A stretch of DNA of 64,000 bases from NCBI GenBank assembly GCA_902792295.1, contig CADAZC010000004.1, positions 8,083-72,082 of the forward strand, given 5' to 3'. The translations under genes and the position numbers were made by a program. The notes under the pieces were generated by a model. It was not told the DNA's origin, did no database searches, and saw only the letters and a program-made list of their open reading frames with translations. The DNA comes from an uncultured Eubacteriales bacterium. Its GTDB lineage: Bacteria; Bacillota; Clostridia; Christensenellales; CAG-138. Positions 45,189 to 53,220 of the stretch are shown one piece after another (position 1 is the stretch's first letter; every line of letters begins with the position of its first letter).

Positions 45189-45618
45189 GTTCGATCCTCT
45201 TTTTCTGTTCGATATGATCTTCGGTAAGCTCTCCGACGGTCGTTTCCTCCAGTACGGCGTTGATACGGCTCTGCAGCTTCAGAAACAACGGACGCGCCGA
45301 GCACGTGCAGGCGTTTTCACAGACGTTTGCGCCGCTGCCGATGCAGTCGACCACGTCCGTGCTGCCCTCCAATGCCCGAAGCACCTCCAGAACGCTGATC
45401 TTCAACGGCTCCCTCGTCAACAGATACCCGCCGCTTTTGCCGCGCGCGGTTTTGACGATCCCCGCCTTTTTCAGCGATCGCATGAGCTGCTCGAGATACG
45501 CCTCCGAGATGCCCTGTTCCGTCGCCACCGCCGCAAGCGATACGGGTCCTTCCCCGTAACGCGTCGCAAGCTCGACGACAGCCCGCAATCCGTATGTGCC
45601 TTTCGTTGAAAACTTCAT
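45172..45618 (-). CDS. iscR: Rrf2-family transcriptional regulator (IscR-like)
   Basis: 148 aa. It has the STKGTYGLRA wHTH N-terminus and a Cys cluster CENACTCSARP. It overlaps the nifS start by 17 nt. Confidence 0.85.
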   Translation of the reverse strand: MKFSTKGTYGLRAVVELATRYGEGPVSLAAVATEQGISEAYLEQLMRSLKKAGIVKTARGKSGGYLLTREPLKISVLEVLRALEGSTDVVDCIGSGANVCENACTCSARPLFLKLQSRINAVLEETTVGELTEDHIEQKKRIEHARLS

Positions 45619-45648
45619 CGTTAATCCCTACCGTTTCACTCGGCTTTT

Positions 45649-45677
45649 ATCTTACAGAGATTGTTCCCAAAAGTCAA
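45649..45677 (-). promoter_or_regulatory. sigma-A type promoter of iscR-nifS-nifU
   Basis: On the minus strand, TTGACT (rc of 45672-45677), a 17-nt spacer, then TAAGAT (rc of 45649-45654). Confidence 0.5.
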
Positions 45678-45769
45678 GTGTTTTACTCGTCTTTTCACAA
45701 TATACTTTTGGGTGACAAACGTCGAAGGGTATGGTATGATATCGGTATCGGCAAAGCGAGGGAACGAAC

Positions 45770-46939
45770 ATGATCAAAACGGTTTTATGGGACGTCGACG
45801 GAACGCTTCTGGACTTTGAAGCGGCGCAGGCCGCGGCGATGCGCACGCTGTTTTCGGAGTTCGGACTCGGCCCGTGCACGGATGAAATGCTCGCGCGCTA
45901 CGACGCGATCAATCACGGTTTCTGGCAGCGCCTTGAGCGCGGTGAGATCACGAAGCGACAGGTCCTGATCGGACGTTTCGAGCAGTTCTTTAAAGAATAC
46001 GGGATCGACCCCGCCGTTTCCGTACCGTACAATGACCGGTATCAGCTCTGTCTCGGCGACACGATCGTGCACCGCGACGACTGTCTCTCCCTCATCGACC
46101 TGCTGAAGGGCAGGGTTCGTCAGTACATCGTTTCAAACGGCACGGTTGCCGCGCAGACAAAAAAGCTGGACCGCTCCGGCATCGGCAAGCGGATGGACGG
46201 TGTCTTTCTTTCGGAAGCGCTCGGCGCGGAAAAGCCGAGCCCGGCGTTTTTTGAGAAGGTTTTCGATGCGATCGGCCCGGTCGACCGCAGCGAGGTCATG
46301 ATCGTCGGCGATTCGCTGACCAGCGACATGCAGGGCGGCATGAACGCAGGGATCCTGACCTGCTGGTATAACCCGGACGGAATGCCCATCCCCGCGGGTT
46401 ACCGCATCGATTATGTGATCCGGAATCTCAACGAACTGCTGCCGATCCTCGGGCTCGCCCGCGCGCCGCAGATCACGGTCAAGCCGATGGAAACCGACGA
46501 GGAGATCAGGGGCAAGGCGTATGTGCATTGGTCCTGCTGGCACGAGGCATACGCCGGCATCGTCAGTCCGGCGTATCTTGAAAAGCTGACGCTCGAAAAA
46601 TGCGGGCAGATGGCGTTTCAATGGCGGGACAACGTTCTTATTGCAAAGGACGGCGAGCGCGTCGTGGGCTTTGCGGGATACGGCGAATCGGATCCGGACA
46701 CCGGCGAGCTCTTTGCGCTGTACGTTTTGAAAGAATACCGCGGGACCGGCGCTGCGCAGTCGCTGATGAGCGCGGCGGCGGAGAGACTTTCCGCTTACCC
46801 GAAGATCGGACTTTGGGTGCTCAAAGAAAACCCGCGCGCGATCCGCTTCTATGAAAAATGCGGTTTTTCGGCGACCGGCGAGGAGCAGTACCTTCCCTCC
46901 GTCGGGGCGGCGGAGATTCGAATGGTTTTGCATCGATAA
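45770..46939 (+). CDS. HAD-superfamily (YjjG-like) hydrolase fused to a GNAT N-acetyltransferase
   Basis: 389 aa. The HAD motifs are LWDVDGTL, SNG and VGDSLTSD, running to about residue 230. A GNAT fold follows (GELFALYVLKEYRGTGAAQSLM, RAIRFYEKCGF). Confidence 0.8.
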   Translation: MIKTVLWDVDGTLLDFEAAQAAAMRTLFSEFGLGPCTDEMLARYDAINHGFWQRLERGEITKRQVLIGRFEQFFKEYGIDPAVSVPYNDRYQLCLGDTIVHRDDCLSLIDLLKGRVRQYIVSNGTVAAQTKKLDRSGIGKRMDGVFLSEALGAEKPSPAFFEKVFDAIGPVDRSEVMIVGDSLTSDMQGGMNAGILTCWYNPDGMPIPAGYRIDYVIRNLNELLPILGLARAPQITVKPMETDEEIRGKAYVHWSCWHEAYAGIVSPAYLEKLTLEKCGQMAFQWRDNVLIAKDGERVVGFAGYGESDPDTGELFALYVLKEYRGTGAAQSLMSAAAERLSAYPKIGLWVLKENPRAIRFYEKCGFSATGEEQYLPSVGAAEIRMVLHR

Positions 46940-46954
46940 TGCTTGATACAGCAA

Positions 46955-46988
46955 ACGGGAGAGGCAACTGCCTCCCCCGTCTTTTTTA
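46955..46988 (+). terminator. intrinsic terminator between convergent genes
   Basis: ACGGGAGAGG pairs with CCTCCCCCGT (one mismatch), followed by T6. Confidence 0.7.
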
Positions 46989-46998
46989 TTATTTGGCT

Positions 46999-47319
46999 TT
47001 ACAGGACCTGCTCGATGAACGCGGCGAGCTGCGCCTTCGGGCGCGCGCCTGCGCTCTGGTCCACGACGTCGCCGTCCTTGAACAGGACGAGATTCGGGAT
47101 CGAGCTCACCCGATACTTTTCGCAAAGCGCGGGCTCCTCATCGACGTTGACCTTCATAAACGCAACTTTGCCTTCGTATTCGTCCGCAAGCTGCTCGACG
47201 AACGGCGCGATCATGCGGCACGGGCCGCACCAGGTCGCCCAGAAGTCCACCAGAACGGGAAGATCGCCGTTGATGACCTCGTTGAAGTTTTCGGATGTAC
47301 CGGTAATGATGTTTGCCAT
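46999..47319 (-). CDS. trxA: thioredoxin
   Basis: 106 aa with the active site WCGPC. Confidence 0.93.
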   Translation of the reverse strand: MANIITGTSENFNEVINGDLPVLVDFWATWCGPCRMIAPFVEQLADEYEGKVAFMKVNVDEEPALCEKYRVSSIPNLVLFKDGDVVDQSAGARPKAQLAAFIEQVL

Positions 47320-47346
47320 GGTTTCTGCTCCTTTCTTGAGATAAGA

Positions 47347-49140
47347 TCATTCTTCCTCGGGAACGACCGCGATATGCAGTTCCTCGAGCTGTTTTGCGTC
47401 GACCGGATCGGGCGCGTTCGTCAGCGGGCAGGACGCGTTCTGCACCTTCGGGAACGCGATGACGTCGCGGATACTCTGCGCGCCGCAGATCAGCATGGTC
47501 ACGCGGTCAAGCCCGTACGCCAGTCCGCCGTGCGGCGGCGTGCCGTACTTCAATGCCTCCAGGAGGAACTTGAACCGTGCCTCCGCCTGTTCCTTGCTGA
47601 GTCCGATGACGTCGAACATCTTTGCCTGCAGCTCGGTCGAATGGATACGGATCGAACCGCCGCCGATCTCGTTGCCGTTCAGCACGATATCATACGCCTT
47701 TGCGCGAACCTTGCCGGGATCGGTGTCGAGCAGCGGAAGGTCCTCGTCCATCGGGCTTGTGAACGGATGGTGCATCGCAACGAAGCGGTTTTCCTCCTCG
47801 CTCCACTCCAGGAGCGGGAATTCGACGACCCACAGAAGATTGAACTTCTTGGGATCGATGAGTCCCAGCTTGTCGCCGAGCTTCAGACGCAGCGCGCCGA
47901 GCGCCGCCCAGACGACCGGGTTTTTGTCCGCCACGATGAACATGACGTCGCCCTGCTCGAAGTTCGCCTTCGCCTTGATCGCGTTCATCTCGTCCTCGGT
48001 GAGGAACTTCGCGATCGGGGACTGCAGACCCTCGGGCTTCCAGTTCATCCACGCAAGTCCCTTTGCCTTGTACGTCTTGACAAACTCACCGAGCGCGTCG
48101 ATCTCTTTCCGGCTGAAGTGTGCCGTCGCGCCCTTTGCGACGATGCAGCGAACGCTGCCGCCTGCCGCGAGCGCATTCTGGAACACGGAGAAGCCGCAGT
48201 TCTTCACGCAGTCGGAAAGGTCCGTAAGTTCCATATCGAACCGCGTATCGGGCTTATCGGAGCCGTAGCGGTCCATGGCGTCCTGCCACGTGATACGCGG
48301 CAGCGGAAGCTGAACGTCGAAGTCCAGCGTTTCTTTGAACAGACGCTTAATGAAGCCCTCGTTCATCGCCATGACGTCGTCCGCTTCGACGAACGACATT
48401 TCAAGGTCGATCTGCGTAAAGTCCGGCTGACGGTCCGCACGAAGGTCCTCGTCGCGGAAGCAGCGCGCGATCTGCATGTAGCGGTCGAATCCTGAAAGCA
48501 TCAGAAGCTGCTTGAAGAGCTGCGGGCTCTGCGGCAGCGCGTAGAAGCTGCCCGGATGCACACGGCTGGGCACGAGATAGTCGCGCGCGCCCTCCGGCGT
48601 GCTCTTGGTCAGCATCGGCGTTTCGATCTCCAGAAAGCCGTTTTCCGCGAAGTATTCATGCGTGATCCGCGTGATCTCGTTGCGCATCATGAGATTCCGC
48701 TGCATACAGGGACGCCGAAGATCCAGATAACGGTACTTCAGGCGCAGCAGTTCGCCCGCGTTGCAGTCGTCGCTCGTATCGATCGGCGGTGTCTCGGCGG
48801 CGCTCAGGATCTTGAACTCCCGAACCTTCACTTCGATCTCGCCGGTCTTCATGTTCGGATTGATCATGTTGCCGGTGCGCGCTTCCAGAACGCCCCTGAC
48901 CGCAAGAACATACTCGGAACGGATCGTGCTTGCGCGATCGAAATCCTCCTTCGACAGCGTCGACGAATCGAAGACGATCTGCATCAATCCCGTGCGGTCA
49001 CGAAGCTGCACAAAGATCAGCGCGCCGAGGTCGCGGCGAACATTCGTCCACCCCATCAGCGTCACTTCTCTGCCGACGTCCTCTTTCGAAAGCTCCGTGC
49101 AGTAGCACGTGCGTTTCCATCCGCTCAAAAACTCTCCCAT
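47347..49140 (-). CDS. aspS: aspartate--tRNA ligase
   Basis: Start at 49140 after AGGGGG. The 597-aa product has the OB fold, the class II motifs FRDEDLRADRQPEF-like and GGGSIRIH, and the GAD insertion. Confidence 0.93.
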   Translation of the reverse strand: MGEFLSGWKRTCYCTELSKEDVGREVTLMGWTNVRRDLGALIFVQLRDRTGLMQIVFDSSTLSKEDFDRASTIRSEYVLAVRGVLEARTGNMINPNMKTGEIEVKVREFKILSAAETPPIDTSDDCNAGELLRLKYRYLDLRRPCMQRNLMMRNEITRITHEYFAENGFLEIETPMLTKSTPEGARDYLVPSRVHPGSFYALPQSPQLFKQLLMLSGFDRYMQIARCFRDEDLRADRQPDFTQIDLEMSFVEADDVMAMNEGFIKRLFKETLDFDVQLPLPRITWQDAMDRYGSDKPDTRFDMELTDLSDCVKNCGFSVFQNALAAGGSVRCIVAKGATAHFSRKEIDALGEFVKTYKAKGLAWMNWKPEGLQSPIAKFLTEDEMNAIKAKANFEQGDVMFIVADKNPVVWAALGALRLKLGDKLGLIDPKKFNLLWVVEFPLLEWSEEENRFVAMHHPFTSPMDEDLPLLDTDPGKVRAKAYDIVLNGNEIGGGSIRIHSTELQAKMFDVIGLSKEQAEARFKFLLEALKYGTPPHGGLAYGLDRVTMLICGAQSIRDVIAFPKVQNASCPLTNAPDPVDAKQLEELHIAVVPEEE

Positions 49141-49144
49141 TTTC

Positions 49145-50410
49145 TTACCCCCTCTGTATCGAGTTCGCAATCTCGTCCGCATCGAGGCGGACCATGACCG
49201 ACTCGCCGTTCGTCATGGATTTCATGTTCGCGGCGTCGTTTTTGATCTCTTCATCGCCGATGACGAGCGTATACAGCGCGCCCGTCTTGTCGGCGTACTT
49301 CATCTGTGCCTTCACGCTGCGGTCCATCAGGTCGAGATCGACCGAAACCCCCAGCTTGCGAAGCGCCCTTGCAAGCGTAAAGCACCGGTCCTTCGCCTCT
49401 GTGCCGAGCCCGATCAGCATCACGTCGTAGCGCACCGGTTTCGGCACCTCCACGCCGAGCTGGCTCATGATGAGCAGCAGGCGCTCCATCCCGAGCCCGA
49501 AGCCGACCGCGGGCATGTCCGGACCGCCCAGTTCCTTGATGAGCCCGTCGTACCGTCCGCCGCCGCACAGCGTTCCCTGCGCGCCCGGCATGCCGGAAAC
49601 GATCTCGAACACGGTTTTGGTGTAGTAATCCAGTCCGCGCACGAGCATCGGATCGATCTCATAGCGGATGCCCGCAAGATCGAGCAGACGCATCAGCTCG
49701 TTCATGTGCGCGCGGCAGTCGTCGCAGACGTAGTCCATGGTGTGCGGCGCGTCCTTCACGATCTCCTTGCAGGTGTCGACCTTGCAGTCGAGAATGCGCA
49801 GCGGGTTCGTCTCAAACCGGCCGCGGCAGGTTTCGCAAAGCTCGTCGAGCCGTCCGCCGAGGTACTCCTTTAATGCCTGCTGATAGCGTGCGCGGCACTT
49901 CGGGCATCCGATGCTGTTCAGTTTAATCGTCAGATCCGAGCAGCCGAGCGTTTCGAAGATCTCCGACGCGATCGAAATGACCTCTGCGTCCGCCGCGGGA
50001 CTCGGCGATCCGAAGATCTCCACGCCGAACTGGTGATGCTCGCGGAGCCGTCCCGCCTGCGGGCGTTCATAGCGGAACACCGGGCAGTAGAGATAATACA
50101 TCTTGGTGGGCTGCGCTTCGGAAAAGAGTCCGTTTTCCACGAACATGCGCACTGCACCCGCCGTGCCCTCGGGCTTTAACGTGATGCTGCGGTCGCCCTT
50201 GTCCGTGAACGTATACATTTCCTTCTGCACGATATCCGTCGTGTCGCCCACGCCGCGCAGAAACAGCTCGGTGTGCTCGATGCACGGGGTACGCGCTTCC
50301 AGAAGCCCGTACTTTCTGACGATCTTACGGATCGTGCTTTCCAGATACTGCCAGCGATAGCTCTCCTCCGGGAGAACGTCCTTTGTGCCTTTCGGCGCTT
50401 TGTATGCCAT
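49145..50410 (-). CDS. hisS: histidine--tRNA ligase
   Basis: 421 aa with PKGTKD, FRYERPQAGR and GGGRYD motifs. Confidence 0.93.
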   Translation of the reverse strand: MAYKAPKGTKDVLPEESYRWQYLESTIRKIVRKYGLLEARTPCIEHTELFLRGVGDTTDIVQKEMYTFTDKGDRSITLKPEGTAGAVRMFVENGLFSEAQPTKMYYLYCPVFRYERPQAGRLREHHQFGVEIFGSPSPAADAEVISIASEIFETLGCSDLTIKLNSIGCPKCRARYQQALKEYLGGRLDELCETCRGRFETNPLRILDCKVDTCKEIVKDAPHTMDYVCDDCRAHMNELMRLLDLAGIRYEIDPMLVRGLDYYTKTVFEIVSGMPGAQGTLCGGGRYDGLIKELGGPDMPAVGFGLGMERLLLIMSQLGVEVPKPVRYDVMLIGLGTEAKDRCFTLARALRKLGVSVDLDLMDRSVKAQMKYADKTGALYTLVIGDEEIKNDAANMKSMTNGESVMVRLDADEIANSIQRG

Positions 50411-50655
50411 AGCTTCCTCCTATGAAAAAATCGCGGTCTTCTGCCCCGAATAGGGACGGAAGAACCGCGGTGCCACCCTGATTCGCAGCTTATCGCTGCG
50501 CGCTTTCCCCCGATAACGAAGGGTCTCCGTCATGCCTTTTCCTTCCGGCATGAAGCTTGCGGATGTCCTTCCCGACCGTCTCTCCGCACGCCTTTCAGCC
50601 GCGGGCGCGCTCTCTTTGGGACGATTCGACCGGTACTCTTCCGTTCAACGCTTTG
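50411..50655 (-). promoter_or_regulatory. T-box riboswitch leader of hisS-aspS(-trxA)
   Basis: On the minus strand: AGUA and AGAGAG elements and a GCUGAAAGG distal loop. The Specifier-loop candidate is GAAGGACAUCC. The T-box sequence is AAUCAGGGUGGCACCGCGG (rc of about 50466-50484). A terminator stem (50432-50441 with 50459-50469) is followed by U6. Confidence 0.85.
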
Positions 50656-50660
50656 CGCTT

Positions 50661-50688
50661 ATTATACCATGCAAAACCGGTATGTCAA
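50661..50688 (-). promoter_or_regulatory. sigma-A type promoter driving the T-box leader
   Basis: On the minus strand, TTGACA (rc of 50683-50688), a 16-nt spacer, then TGgTATAAT (TATAAT is rc of 50661-50666). Confidence 0.7.
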
Positions 50689-50694
50689 GAAAAA

Positions 50695-52134
50695 TCAAGG
50701 TAAAAACAGCTTTCTTTTGGCTTTGTCGAGCGTTTCGAGCTTTGCGCCGTAGGTCGGCACATCCTTCGGGTTCGGAATGCGCTCGACGCGGTTCTCATTT
50801 CCGAACACGCGCTTGCTCATTGCGCCCGCGCCGTGAGCGAGGATCGAGGTCGTCTCCTCCATCATGTCGATGTTGTAGACGCACAGCTTTCCGTTCGCCG
50901 CATAGCCGACGTTCTCGAGGTTGCCGTTCTGATACTTCTGCCGGTACATATAGTACGGCCAGAGTCCGATCTCCCTCGCTGTCGAAAAGCCCATGTCGAT
51001 CATCGTTTCCACGTCCGTGCGCGGCGGCAGCGGGTACTGTTCCAGCTGATCCTTAAGCCGGCTCGAACGCTTGATCGCAAGCGTATGTACGGTGAGATTG
51101 TCGGGTCTGAGCGCCTTGATCCGCTCCAGCGTGCGCGCAAATTCGGCGACCGTTTCCCCGGGCAGCCCCGCAATGAGGTCCATGTTGATCGAGGAAAAAC
51201 CCATCGATCGAGCAAGCGCGAACGCCTCCTCGATCTGTTCCGCGGTGTGCGCGCGTCCGATGCGACGAAGCGTTTCGTTCGACATCGTCTGCGGATTGAT
51301 CGAGATGCGTTCCACGCCGTGATCGCGCAGAACCCGCAGCTTTTCCTTTGTGATCGTATCCGGTCTGCCCGCTTCCACGGTGCACTCCGCACCGTAACCC
51401 GCATAGTTCTTTTCAAAATGCCCGAGAAGCGCGTCCAGTTCGTCCGCCGAAAGAACGGTCGGCGTGCCGCCGCCGAGATACGTTGCACGGACGCGGTATC
51501 CGCCGTCACCGACAAGCCGCGCGCCGTTTTCGATATCCCTGAACAGGAACGGCAGGTATTCCGCGATCGCGTTCTTTTTGGCGATCTCCGCACCGAACGA
51601 GCAGTAAAGACAGCGTGTCTTGCAGTACGGAATGCCGACGTAGATATCGATGTCGTCCGGACGCACCGATTCGATGACCGGTTTCTGCACGGCGTTGATC
51701 GTCGCGGCAAGGCGGAGCTTGTCGATGCGCACCGAGAAGACGTCGCGGAACTGCCGCACGGCTTCCTCCTCCCCCACGCGCTCGCACAGCTCGCGCAAAA
51801 GCTTGGTCGGGCGGATGCCCGTTAAACTGCCCCACGGCATTTCGGCAGGATGGATCTGCTGCATCAGCGCATAGACCGCGCGTTTCAACGCGCGTTTCTC
51901 CTGCCGCTTCCGATCCAGCGGATCGGCTGCGTCGAACGCATACGGGATCACGACCGGTTCCGCGTCCGAAGCCGTCGCCGTCGCGGTCATCGCCGTTTCG
52001 TCAAGCGTCGCCGTGATCGTCAGCTGCGTTTCGGGCGTCTCCTCCGGCGTAATCGGAACAATGCCGAGGAACATGCGGATTTCCTCGGCGATATCGTTGA
52101 AATATTGCGGTGTGTCGGTAATCAGTCGAACCAT
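50695..52134 (-). CDS. hemZ: radical SAM coproporphyrinogen-dehydrogenase-like protein (HemZ/HemN family)
   Basis: 479 aa with the radical SAM motif CKTRCLYCSF and a HemN-like C-terminal region. Confidence 0.8.
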   Translation of the reverse strand: MVRLITDTPQYFNDIAEEIRMFLGIVPITPEETPETQLTITATLDETAMTATATASDAEPVVIPYAFDAADPLDRKRQEKRALKRAVYALMQQIHPAEMPWGSLTGIRPTKLLRELCERVGEEEAVRQFRDVFSVRIDKLRLAATINAVQKPVIESVRPDDIDIYVGIPYCKTRCLYCSFGAEIAKKNAIAEYLPFLFRDIENGARLVGDGGYRVRATYLGGGTPTVLSADELDALLGHFEKNYAGYGAECTVEAGRPDTITKEKLRVLRDHGVERISINPQTMSNETLRRIGRAHTAEQIEEAFALARSMGFSSINMDLIAGLPGETVAEFARTLERIKALRPDNLTVHTLAIKRSSRLKDQLEQYPLPPRTDVETMIDMGFSTAREIGLWPYYMYRQKYQNGNLENVGYAANGKLCVYNIDMMEETTSILAHGAGAMSKRVFGNENRVERIPNPKDVPTYGAKLETLDKAKRKLFLP

Positions 52135-52763
52135 AGGCCCTCAAAATTGATCGGATTGCTGCGTTTCTCCGTTTCGACCGTCGTGGGCTCCTCATGCCCC
52201 GGATAGAGCCGGTAATCGTCCGGCAGCGCAAACAGCACATTCCGGATCGACCCGGACAGCGCGGCAAAATCGCCGCCCGGAAGATCGTACCTGCCGTACC
52301 CGCCGGCAAACAGCGTGTCGCCGACAAACGCGCAGCGCTCTTCATCGCAGACAAACGCAACGCCGCCCGCGGTGTGCCCCGGCGTTTCGAGAACGCGGAT
52401 GTCGAGCCCCGCCGCCGTGAACGTATCGCCGTCGTGCAGAAGCACGTCCGGCTCGACCGGCTCCTGCGGGATGCGTACCAGTTCCGAAAGACTCGCCTCG
52501 GCGCTTCGCAGTCCGTCGGCGTCCGTTTCGGAGATATAGACCGTTGCGCCGGTCGATTTTTTCAGTCCGGAGACGCCGAGCAGATGATCGAAATGCCCGT
52601 GCGTAACGAGGATATCGGTAAGACGCCAGCCGTGTTCTTTGAGAATCGCAAGCGCAAGATCGGCGTCCGACGGATCGACGACCGCGACGTCCTTTGCGCC
52701 GTCGCGTCCGAAAAAGATCATGTTTGCCGAAACCGGACCGCAGGGACAACTGAATAAAAGCAT
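52122..52763 (-). CDS. MBL-fold hydrolase (glyoxalase II-like)
   Basis: 213 aa with THGHFDH and TPGHT motifs. It starts 1 nt after the dtd stop. Confidence 0.8.
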   Translation of the reverse strand: MLLFSCPCGPVSANMIFFGRDGAKDVAVVDPSDADLALAILKEHGWRLTDILVTHGHFDHLLGVSGLKKSTGATVYISETDADGLRSAEASLSELVRIPQEPVEPDVLLHDGDTFTAAGLDIRVLETPGHTAGGVAFVCDEERCAFVGDTLFAGGYGRYDLPGGDFAALSGSIRNVLFALPDDYRLYPGHEEPTTVETEKRSNPINFEGLWFD

Positions 52764-52764
52764 A

Positions 52765-53211
52765 TCAAAACCCTTTCTTGGAATCGAGCAGGATCGTAAA
52801 CGGTCCGTCGTTTACGATCGAAACCTTCATATCCGCGCCGAAGCGTCCCGTTTCGACCGGAACGACCGCGCGAAGCCGCTCGATACAGCGCTCGTACAGC
52901 GGGATCGCCGTTTCGGGACGCGCCGCGTCGATATAGCTCGGACGCCTTCCCTTTCGCGCGTCGCCCAGGAGCGTGAACTGCGAGATCAGAAGGATCGCGC
53001 CGTTTGTGTCGACGACCGACCGGTTCGGAACGCCGTTTTCGTCGTCAAAGATGCGAAGCCCGATGAGCTTGTCCGAAATATAGTCGGCGTCCGGTTCCGT
53101 ATCGTCGACCGAAACGCCCAAAAGCACGCAGAGACCGTTTCGGATCGCGCCGACCGTTTCGCCGCCGATCGAAACGCTTGCCTCCGTCACGCGCTGTACC
53201 ACCGCACGCAT
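52765..53211 (-). CDS. dtd: D-aminoacyl-tRNA deacylase
   Basis: 148 aa. MRAVVQRV..., SQFTL and NDGPFT are Dtd signatures. Confidence 0.93.
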   Translation of the reverse strand: MRAVVQRVTEASVSIGGETVGAIRNGLCVLLGVSVDDTEPDADYISDKLIGLRIFDDENGVPNRSVVDTNGAILLISQFTLLGDARKGRRPSYIDAARPETAIPLYERCIERLRAVVPVETGRFGADMKVSIVNDGPFTILLDSKKGF

Positions 53212-53220
53212 GGTTCCTCC

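Noticed and set aside
46858-48495. A 545-aa plus-strand ORF opposite trxA and aspS. Similar ORFs lie at 52639-54255 (538 aa, opposite dtd/relA) and 62226-63593 (455 aa, opposite the C11 peptidase).
   Set aside because: These are shadow ORFs opposite well-supported genes.
50532-51056. A 174-aa plus-strand ORF spanning the hisS leader and the end of hemZ.
   Set aside because: It overlaps the T-box riboswitch and promoter on the opposite strand and the hemZ 3' end. Its composition is Arg/Ser/Pro-rich, consistent with a shadow ORF.
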